Positions 12,035 to 21,094 of a DNA stretch of 64,000 nt are shown piece by piece. The notes beneath the pieces were generated by a model. That model saw only the letters and a program-made list of their open reading frames with translations. It did not search any database and was not told the DNA's origin. Origin of the DNA: Potamilus streckersoni (lineage: Eukaryota). A program made the translations under genes and the position numbers. The stretch lies in assembly GCA_016746295.1 (NCBI GenBank), contig JAEAOA010001935.1:2866024-2930023 (forward strand), given 5' to 3'. Positions within the stretch are counted from its first letter, which is position 1, and the number at the start of each line of letters is the position of its first letter.

Positions 12035-12315
12035 GTGTGTGTGTGATTTAGATTTTTTTTAAAAAAAATTCAGTCATATCGCTACAATATCTGCAGAGTG
12101 ACAGTTTATAGTGATGTCTAGCACTGGGGCTTCATGCCACAGACATGTGGCACGATGTCACAACCAGTCCCATTATCCTGACACAGGGCTGACCAGTCCT
12201 AACACTAACCTCTTAATGCTGTTAGTACCATTTTTTAAAGTCTTTGGTATGATTTGGCCTGGGTTCAAACCCATGACCTCCTGCATCCAAGGTAGATGTT
12301 CTAACCACTAGGACA
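12035..12315 (-). mobile_element. tRNA-derived SINE with a (CA)n tail (family A), copy 1
   Basis: The reverse complement of 12240-12315 gives a tRNA-like head, GCTCTGGTGTCCTAGTGGTTAGAACATCTACCTTGGATGCAGGAGGTCATGGGTTTGAACCC, with A-box-like TAGTGGTTAGAAC and B-box-like GGTTTGAACCC motifs. The body is homologous to the copies at 25140, 26010, 40150 and 55245. A (GT)7 tract at 12035-12049 gives a CA tail on the element strand. Confidence 0.7.
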
Positions 12316-12354
12316 CCAGAGCAGTTATTATTGTCTTAAGTAAAAGCATACTTT

Positions 12355-12520
12355 CAACAAATGAAAGTAATTGTCACAATAATTCAACACTTTCCTTGTA
12401 CCAATGAAAGTAATTACCACAATAATTCAACACCATTTCCTTGTACCAATGAAAGTAATTACCACATTAATTCAACAATGTTTCCTTGTACAAAGAAAGT
12501 AATTATAAATTAATTCAACA
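12355..12520. repeat. Roughly 55-bp tandem repeat (CAATGAAAGTAATTACCACAATAATTCAACACCATTTCCTTGTAC), about 3.5 copies
   Basis: Direct repeats visible in 12340-12525. Confidence 0.8.
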
Positions 12521-12548
12521 CTGTTTATTTGTATTTTATGCCAACACA

Positions 12549-12770
12549 TATTGTCTGTACTTGCCTACAGGTTGAGTCCAACTGCAAACAACATAGGCTC
12601 ACATAAAGTGCTGGCAGGTTAGGGTCTATAATGTTTGTTCTATTGATTATCTTGACAAACTGCATAGATTCAGATCTGCCAGCTCATTATGCAATGGCAG
12701 GTTTGTGCATGTGCAGATTGCTGTTGGATTTCAAATAACTGAGTACATACCATATTATCCAAAGGAACAA
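12549..12770. mobile_element. Palindromic MITE-like element copy (..CAGGTTGAGTCCAACTGCAAACAACATAGGCTC...CAGATCTGCCAGC...GGATTTCAAATAACTGAGTACATACCATAT)
   Basis: The left terminus is nearly identical to the family consensus GTTGAGTCCAACTGCAAACAACATAG. The internal part shows palindromic symmetry. Confidence 0.7.
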
Positions 12771-13334
12771 TCTCATAATTGATATCTATTGTACACAGCT
12801 ATCTTTTATTGCAATGTATTTATTACATTTTAAAATGGCATTATTCACAATCCTTGCATTATCTTATGAATATAAAAGACAATATTATTTTAGGTAGATA
12901 TGGTAGAAATACTAAAATTAAAACTTGTCAGGTCCCAAGCCAGAGCATATTTTCAATTTTATTCCAAATAATGTATGAACAGCTGTTGCTCCTTGTACTG
13001 ATTTTGGATAATATATATTCAACATTAGAATGTTATTAAGAATAAATGTTTTCAAGTTGTCTATTTATGCACTCTGTAAATTCATGAACAGCTACAGTAG
13101 GTGTCAATGTATGTACTGATTGCATGCATTGTAAGCTTGTAATTGGTCTTGTGTAAGAGTAATCAATAATCTTATTTAAATTATTGTTTTAAATGGTTGG
13201 TGATAAAAGCTGAATAGAGCTTGTGTTTTGTTTTGCCCATAATAAGGCAGAGCATATATTTGTTCTCCATGCAGGCATCCAGATGTCCCTTGGCTTGTTA
13301 CCAGTGGTTTCTGCACAATAACTTTTGTTGTCCA

Positions 13335-13935
13335 CCATCTACCAGTACCAAACATTGTGGATGGCTTGTACTTTAAGAAAGGAAGTAGTCTGATGATTTT
13401 GGGGTGAGAAGGGCAAGGTCACTGACTGAAAAGGCAAAATATTTTCTGCATAATGACTTGTTCTGCACAATCAACAATCATCAAAATTTATGGATGGTTT
13501 GCATTTGGAGATAGGATGAATCATATCAATTTGGCAATAAAAGCTTGAAGGTCAAGGTCATTTTAACTGAAAGAGGAAATATAGTCTCAATACAAAAGCT
13601 TCAGTTGGTACCAGATTTTGTGGATATCTTGCACATGCCTTAAGGAAGTATCTTATTTGTTTTTCAAAAGAGCAATGTCAATGTCACTGTAATGATAGTT
13701 TTAAAAAGGCTTGTACATAATGATTATATTTTAAACCAAAATGTTTTGGATGACTTGCACTTAGAAAAAAGAAAAGCCCATTTGATATATGGGTCATAAG
13801 GTCTCCATACAATAATTTTAGTTTTCTGCCATTTTTAATTGTCAAACTTTATGGATAGTTTGGGGTAAGAAAGAAACCTATTGATTTTGAGGTGAGAAAG
13901 TCAAAGGTCAGAACCACTTTTTCAACCAGGAGAAG
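13335..13935. repeat. Degenerate tandem repeat of about 140 bp (TTTRTGGATGGYTTGCAYTT...GGTCAAGGTCA..), about 5 copies
   Basis: TTTGTGGATGGCTTGTACTTTAAGAAAGGAAG / TTTATGGATGGTTTGCATTTGGAGATAGGATG / TTTGTGGATATCTTGCACATGCC / TTTTGGATGACTTGCACTTAG / TTTATGGATAGTTTGGGGTAAG recur at spacings of about 120-150 bp. Confidence 0.6.
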
Positions 13936-13984
13936 TAAAAATGGTTTATGAACATTAACTTAAATTACCAGTATTGCTATAACA

Positions 13985-15660
13985 TAAAATAAATGGATCC
14001 ATACATTACACTTAGTACTACTATCACACAATATCAAGGGATCTATACAGTCCACTAATTATTACTATCAGATAATATCAAGTGATCTCTACATTACACT
14101 TAGTATTACTATCAGATAATATTAAGTGATCCATACATTATACTTAGTATTACTATCAAATAATATTGAGTGATTCATACATTATATTTAGTATTATTAT
14201 CAGATAATATTGAGTGATCTCTACATTACACTTAGTATTACTATCAGATAATATTGAGTGATCTGTACATTAAACTTAGTATTACTATCACATAATATCA
14301 GGTGATCTGTACATTACACTTAGTATTACTATCACATAATATTGAGTGATCTCTACATTACACTTAGTATTACTATCAGATAATATTGAGTGATCTCTAC
14401 ATTACACTTAGTATTACTATCAGATAATATTGAGTGATCTCTACATTATACTTAGTATTACTATCAGATAATATTGAGTGATCTCTACATTACACTTAGT
14501 ATTGCTATCAGATAATATTGAGTGATCTCTACATTATACTTAGTATTACTATCAGATAATATTGAGTGATCTCTATATTATACTTAGTATTACTATCAGA
14601 TAATATTGAGTGATCTCTACATTATACTTAGTATTAATATCAGATAATATCAAGGGATCTATACATTACACTTAGTATTACTATCAGATAATATTGAGTG
14701 ATCTCTACATTATACTTAGTATTACTATCAGATAATATTGAGTGATCTCTATATTATACTTAGTATTACTATCAGATAATATTGAGTGATCTCTACATTA
14801 TACTTAGTATTACTATCAGATAATATTGAGTGATCTCTACATTATACTTAGTATTACTATCAGATAATATTGAGTGATCTCTACATTACACTTAGTATTA
14901 CTATCAGATAATATTAAGTGATCTCTACATTATACTTAGTATTACTATCACATAATATTGAGTGATCTCTACATTACACTTAGTATTACTATCACATAAT
15001 ATTGAGTGATCTCTACATTACACTTAGTATTACTATCACATAATATTGAGTGATCTCTACATTATACTTAGTATTACTATCAGATAATATCAAGTGATCC
15101 ATACATTATACTTAGTATTACTATCAGATAATATTGAGTGATCTCTACATTACAATTAGTATTATTATCACATAATATTGAGTGATCTCTACATTACACT
15201 TAGTATTACTATCACATAATATCAGATGATCTCTACATTACACTTAGTATTACTATCACATAATATCAGGTGATCAGTACATTACACTTAGTATTACTAT
15301 CACATAATATCAGGTGATCTGTACATTACACTTAGTATTACTATCACATAATATCAGGTGATCTGTACATTACACTTAGTATTACTATCACATAATATCA
15401 GGTGATCAGTACATTACACTTAGTATTACTATCACATAATATCAGGTGATCTGTACATTAGACTTAGTATTACTATCACATAATATCAGGTGATCTGTAC
15501 ATTACACTTAGTATTACTATCACATAAGTATCAAGTGATCCATTTATTACACTTGGTATTACTATCACATAAATATAAAGAGATCCATTCATTACCGGTA
15601 CACTTAGTATTACTATCACATAATATCAAAGTGATCCATACATTACTCTTTGTATTTCAC
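13985..15660. repeat. 44-bp satellite, subfamily A (CATTACACTTAGTATTACTATCAGATAATATTGAGTGATCTCTA), about 38 copies, with CACATAATATCAGGTGATCTGTA variants
   Basis: ATTGAGTGAT recurs at a 44-bp period (14341, 14385, ...). The 71-aa ORF at 15490..15705 is an artifact. Confidence 0.95.
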
Positions 15661-15850
15661 CTCTGTGTGAGTTCGAGTCCATGCTTGGCTAACGTGGTTA
15701 AGTGAAAAAGCCTGCCACTGTAGTTTCTCATGGGTTGGCAGTTCTTCCCAGGGTTTTCCAGGGTTCATCCTCCATTACTGATACTGGCCACCATGTATAG
15801 CCTATCTTGTGCTGAAAAATGGCATTAAACCCCATAACAACAACATCAGT
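15640..15850 (+). mobile_element. SINE-like module copy 2 (..CTCTGTGTGAGTTCGAGTCCATGCTTGGCTAACGTGGTTAAGTGAAAAAGCCTGCCACTG...GTGCTGAAAAATGGCATTAAACCCCATAACAACAAC), located between two 44-bp satellite subfamilies
   Basis: Homologous to 7185-7340 and 61535-61745. Contains a tRNA B-box-like GAGTTCGAGTCC at its 5' end. Confidence 0.65.
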
Positions 15851-16475
15851 TTGTATTACAATCACATAATATCAAGTGATCCATTCATTACACTTAGTAT
15901 TGCTATCACAAAATATTTAGTGACTAATTCATTACACTTATTATTAATATTACATGATATAAAGGGATCTATTCATTACACTTAGTATTACTATCACATA
16001 ATATTAAGTGACTAATTCATTACACTTATTATTACTATCACATGATATAAAGGGATCTATTCATTACACTTAGTATTACTATCACATGATATCAAGTGAT
16101 CAATGCATTATCCTTAGTATTACTATCACATATTAAAAAAGGGATCCATCCATTATACTTAGTATTCCTATCATGTGATATAAAGGGATCCATCCATTAT
16201 ACTTAGTATTCCTATCATGTGATATAAAGGGATCCATCCATTATACTTAGTATTCCTATCGTGTGATATAAAGGGATCCATCCATTATATTTACTATTCC
16301 TATCATGTGATATAAAGGGATCCATCTATTATACTTAATATTCCTATCATGTGATATAAAGGGATCCATCCATTATACTTAGTATTCCTATCATGTGATA
16401 TAAAGGGATCCATCCATTATACTTAGTATTCCTATCATGTGATATAAAGGGATCCATCCATTATACTTAGAATCA
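15845..16475. repeat. 44-bp satellite, subfamily B (CATTATACTTAGTATTCCTATCATGTGATATAAAGGGATCCATC), about 14 copies
   Basis: GGGATCCATC recurs at a 44-bp period (16141, 16185). Shares the core CATTAYACTTAGTATTMCTATCA with the 13985-15660 array. Confidence 0.9.
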
Positions 16476-16781
16476 TTATTGAGGCACCTTATAGTGAGAG
16501 ATTACTATCTTTCACCTTTTATTAAAGGATACCTTCTTGTAAAGACAACATTGTATGGCCCTGTTGTGACCTAATAGGGCTATTTCACTGGACTTAAATC
16601 TAATGCAGCCATTTGGTCATGTGACAGTAAAACTTACAGACCATGAGGCAATCTCTTGTGAATGCTTTATGGTTCAAAGGATAAAAATTTGTAGCTTACA
16701 TTAGTCTCATGATTGCTTTCTTCTACTTTTGTATAAATTATTAATTATTGTTAATTGTAGTCAATTATTCATTCTTTCAGG

Positions 16782-16875
16782 GCATGACTGGATTGGATGT
16801 GTACCTGATCACCAGAACCAGCACTTAGATGTTTTGGATTTATCATGTCAACACTGTTCAAAAATGTGCGACAGG
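16782..16875 (+). other. Candidate small exon (31 codons open, acceptor-like TTTCAG just upstream and donor-like CAG|GTAGG), cysteine-rich peptide HDWIGCVPDHQNQHLDVLDLSCQHCSKMCDR
   Basis: A polypyrimidine tract plus AG at 16770-16781, an open reading frame through 16875, and GTAGGG immediately after. There is no homolog I can name. The signal is weak. Confidence 0.15.
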
Positions 16876-18394
16876 TAGGGGTTTTTTTTTGTTTTGACAT
16901 GTATAATGCAATTAATTGTCTATTAAATGCAAATAATGTCAATTAACTGATCAGATAATTCCATTTATTGCTGGGGTTTTCTTTCTCCATAAGACCAGAA
17001 CAGCATACTTAGAACACCAGATAAACACAATAGGAAAATATAGTGAAGCCTACACAATCCTATCATTAAGGAAACAAAAACTCAGGCCACATTGGACATT
17101 GACTAATTGAATACTTAGTGTTAGATTATGGCTACACTGGACAGGTGCTTGAATACTGGGTGTTCAATTTGAATACTAAATGTTTAATTACAGCTACATT
17201 AGACTTGAAATATTTAGGGTCAAATGATGGCCAAACTGGACAATTCGAGCTAAAATACTTTGTGTCAAATTTAGCAATAAATGTCCATGGTAAGCTTATA
17301 CTGTATTACTTCCATGATAAACCCAGGGGCCGGCCCAGCATGTTTCTCAGAAAGCAGAGGTTATGCTTAGAAACAAAGATATCCTTGATAAATATTGGCC
17401 ACAATTTTGTCGGAATGGGGTGGACTTATCGTCAAGGATAGGTTTATTAGTGGATAAATGTGGTAATTGGCAAGATGGGCAAAGATCTGTGAAGTACCAC
17501 ACCCAAATATAAGCAGGCCCAAATGTATTTTTGGGAAATATTTTTAGTGGATGCAAAGTCTTAGATCCAGCTTGTCTTTCTTAATTTCCTTCCAATGTAG
17601 CACATCTTTTTAATATTCTAATATCACAATTTGGCCAGGTGGGTAAGACACCTTTTCAAGGGTATATGAAGAATGGGGAGGAAGGGCATTAACTAATTTT
17701 GCCCAGATGTGCCAATTTTTTTAACATGTACAGTCTCAAATGACAGACACAAATATATAACTTTTGGCAGAGGTAATTTTTTGTACACCATTCGACAATA
17801 ACAGGAGTGTCATGTGTAAACATTTTCTACAAAAGAAATAATAAAATCAAAATGTAAGACCATATTTATTGTCATTAGACCTATTTTAAAACAGTTCATA
17901 GTTGACCTATCAAGCAAAAATGTTTACTAATTTAGGTAATATGTCAACAGGGCACTGCATTTACCCCCTCCAAGGATTTATATGGGTATAATCTGATCCT
18001 AGTGTGGCAAATAGTCAAAGCTTGTCTATATTGGTCACTTTTAAATCCACCCTTATATTTTAAGGATGATAGAGTTTTCTCAGAAGAGTTGGCTTGAGCA
18101 GATAACTAAGGGTTAAGTTGTTCTGTTTTTGTGGTGTCAACCAAAAAGCTCACATACACATTCTCATTGATCTTTTTGATGTTTTTTATTCAGTTGACAT
18201 GTTATCTCAATCTGGGATGTCTTTTATGCACTGAATTCAAACTTTGTTTGTTTAATATGCCACTTATGTAAACAACAAATCTGTCTTGTCAGCTAATAGG
18301 CAATACAACCCTATCAAAGCATTCACTTCTAACAGTTTGTTTAGTGTCATATAATCCCATGTATGCATCTCCCATGGTCTCATCACCACCGTAT

Positions 18395-19255
18395 TTGCTC
18401 ATCTCATAATGCACCAGCAGATTTTGGTCTTTATCTTTTTGTACTTATGGTTTCAAATACAGATCCTGATCTGCCAGGAAATAATACACCAGTAGTTCTG
18501 GATCAAAGCTCTTCACTGTACTACTAATTTCAATGACAGACCTTGATCATATAAAGCACTAGCAGATTTGGGTCTATGTTCATTGTACTTTTTATTCAAA
18601 CACAGATCCAGCTGTCATATAATACACCAGCAGATCTGGGTCAAAGATCTTCACTGGACTACTGGTTTCAAGCACAGACCCAGATCTCTCATCATATGAT
18701 ACACAAGCAGATCTGGGTCAGGGCTTTTAATTGTATTATTGATTTAAAGCACAGACCCAAATCTGTCACACAAGCAGATCTGGGTCCGGGCTTTTAATTG
18801 TATTATTGATTTAAAGCACAGACCCAAATCTGTCACACAAGCAGATCTGGTCCAGCCTGTTATTGATTTAAATTGATCATGTCAAATTGATCATATTGAT
18901 TTAAAGCACAGACCCAGATCTGTCATATGATACACAAACAGATCTGGGTCCAGGCTGTTAATTGTATTATTGATTTCAAGCACAGAGCCAAATCTGTCAT
19001 ATGATAAACAAGCAGATCTATGCCCAGGCAGTTTATTGTATTATTGATTTAAAGCACAGACCCAGATCTGTCACACAAGCAGATCTGGGTCCAGGCTGTT
19101 AATTGTATTATTGATTTCAAGCACAGAGCCAAATCTGTCATATGATACACAAGCAGATCTGTGCCCAGGCTGTTTATTGTATTATTGATTTAAAGCACAG
19201 ACCCAGATCTGTCACACAAGCAGATCTGGGTCCAGGTTGTTAATTGTAATGTTGA
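18395..19255. repeat. MITE-derived satellite: about 12 tandem monomers of 67-74 bp (ACAGACCCAGATCTGTCACACAAGCAGATCTGGGTCCAGGCTGTTAATTGTATTATTGATTTAAAGC), with a 151-bp dimeric higher-order unit toward the right end
   Basis: The monomer is the palindromic core (GACCCAGATCTG...CAGCAGATCTGGGTC) of the MITE-like family. GGGCTTTTAATTG recurs at 67 bp (18721, 18788), and AAAGCACAGACCCAGATCTG recurs at 151 bp (19041, 19192). Confidence 0.9.
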
Positions 19256-19321
19256 TTTCACAAACTCAATACATGTATGCTATGGCAGCTCTTAGTCTTT
19301 CTTATTCATTGATGGGTACAT

Positions 19322-19400
<79 letters not shown>
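19322..19400. repeat. (TA)n microsatellite, about 38 units
   Basis: Pure TATATA run. It produces spurious ORFs on both strands. Confidence 0.95.
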
Positions 19401-19402
<2 letters not shown>

Positions 19403-19545
19403 TATCATTAACAGTTTTGTTTCTAGCCTGGTTACAGGAGAGTTCTTTACCCTGTACTCCCTAGGTGGTGTCCTGCCTTCTCTGTGCTGCATCATGCGTG
19501 TCTTGGAGGCTGCCATGTCTTAAATCTCAGAATGTTTAATACTGT

Positions 19546-19768
19546 ATATACTCACTTTTTAAAGTTGAGTCAAACTGCAAACAACAAAGATCCTGATCTC
19601 CCATAGCATCATATGACTATAGATCCAGGTCTATGTTGTTTGTTCTACAGATTAGTCCTAACAAACAACACAGACACAGACAGACCAGCCAGTGCATTAT
19701 GCACCAGATGATCAAGGTCTGTGCAGTTTGCAGTTGGACTGAACTTATAAGCGAGCATATATGGCACA
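19546..19768. mobile_element. Full-length palindromic MITE-like element copy (TATATACTCACTTTTTAAAGTTGAGTCAAACTGCAAACAAC...GGTCTGTGCAGTTTGCAGTTGGACTGAACTTATAAGCGAGCATATATGG)
   Basis: The best-preserved copy: both termini are mutual reverse complements, and it consists of two palindromic halves of about 100 bp each. Confidence 0.8.
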
Positions 19769-19894
19769 TAAAAAAATGTAATATTCAACATGTGCATTTT
19801 GTGCATTCAACTTATCAACCTCTGCTTTGTCACATACTGTACATCTAATACTGTATAACAAATACTCATATACTGAGGTTGATGTCTTCAATAG

Positions 19895-20290
19895 AGATTT
19901 TACAGCACTTCCAATGCATAGTGATCTTGGGACAGCATTAAATGTCATTTACAGCTGTATGAAATGACCTGACAGGCAACTAGCACTAGTTCTGTTCCCA
20001 CTGGTGGTCTTGGAACAGCATTAAATGGTATATGTATACAGCTGTATGAAATGACCTGACAAGCAACTAGCACTAGTTCTGTTCCCACTGGTGGTCTTGG
20101 AACAGCATTAAATGGTATATGTATACAGCTGAATGAAATGACCTGACAGGCAGCTAGCCCTAGTTCTGTTCCCACTAGTGGTCTTAAGGCATGTTAAATA
20201 TTATATACATCTGTATGAAATAGCCTGACAGGCAACTAACAATTTTAATGTCCCCAATGTTGTGGTCTTAGGACAACATTAACTGTCATA
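19895..20290. repeat. 87-bp tandem repeat (ACAGCTGTATGAAATGACCTGACAGGCAACTAGCACTAGTTCTGTTCCCACTGGTGGTCTTGGAACAGCATTAAATGGTATATGTAT), about 4.5 copies
   Basis: TAGCACTAGT recurs at 19981, 20068 and 20155 (87 bp). The 76-aa minus-strand ORF is an artifact, since 87 = 3 x 29. Confidence 0.9.
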
Positions 20291-20428
20291 TACAGCTGTG
20301 TGAAAATACAGAATAAAGACAAAACACAATGATATGACATTTTTTTGTGACTGCTGTCAACTGTGCTTTAGGTTATTAAAGCAGCAAGTTATAACCAGAA
20401 TATTATGTTTATATATGCTTCTAACTTA

Positions 20429-20430
<2 letters not shown>

Positions 20431-20516
<86 letters not shown>
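20431..20516. repeat. (TA)n microsatellite, about 43 units
   Basis: Pure TA run. Confidence 0.95.
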
Positions 20517-20522
<6 letters not shown>

Positions 20523-21094
20523 CAGAGTTATAATACACTGTATGTGTACCAAGACTTGAAAAAAATGGAAATTTATTTGCATTTTTTCATTATTATCACA
20601 TGAAATCAATTAACTAAACTTGTAAAAGATCACTGCTGACATAGATACTATATTTGATATAATACTTTAATTTTGTGCTTAAAAAAATTATTCTTTAGAT
20701 TTATTTTATGAAGTTGTTATCAGAATAAACATACAGGCATCAACTGACTTTGTGAATTTCACATTAACATGAATTTTTATGCACTTTTTTTAGATTTAAT
20801 ACTTAAATGAATCATATTAAAGTTAATTGAATTGTGTATTTTTCAATTACAATTAAAGAAGGTGAAACCAAAATTTTGAACATTGTGATTTGGGAATGAA
20901 GCTATTGTATAAGTCATTTTTTTTAGCTGTATACCAACAATGTCGTAAATGATGTCACAAACAATGTCACAATCACATATGTGCATATTTGAAGAGTTAG
21001 CTCCTTTAGACATTATAAGGAGCTCTTGTCTGGTTGAGCATTGATTCCCAGTATGGTCACACTGAATAAAACCTATGTAAGATCTCTAAATTTT

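Noticed and set aside
17118-17441. 107-aa plus-strand ORF
   Set aside because: It spans a degenerate roughly 45-bp tandem repeat (TTGAATACTTAGTGTTAGATTATGGCTACACTGGACAGG.. repeated 4 times). The open frame is a repeat artifact.
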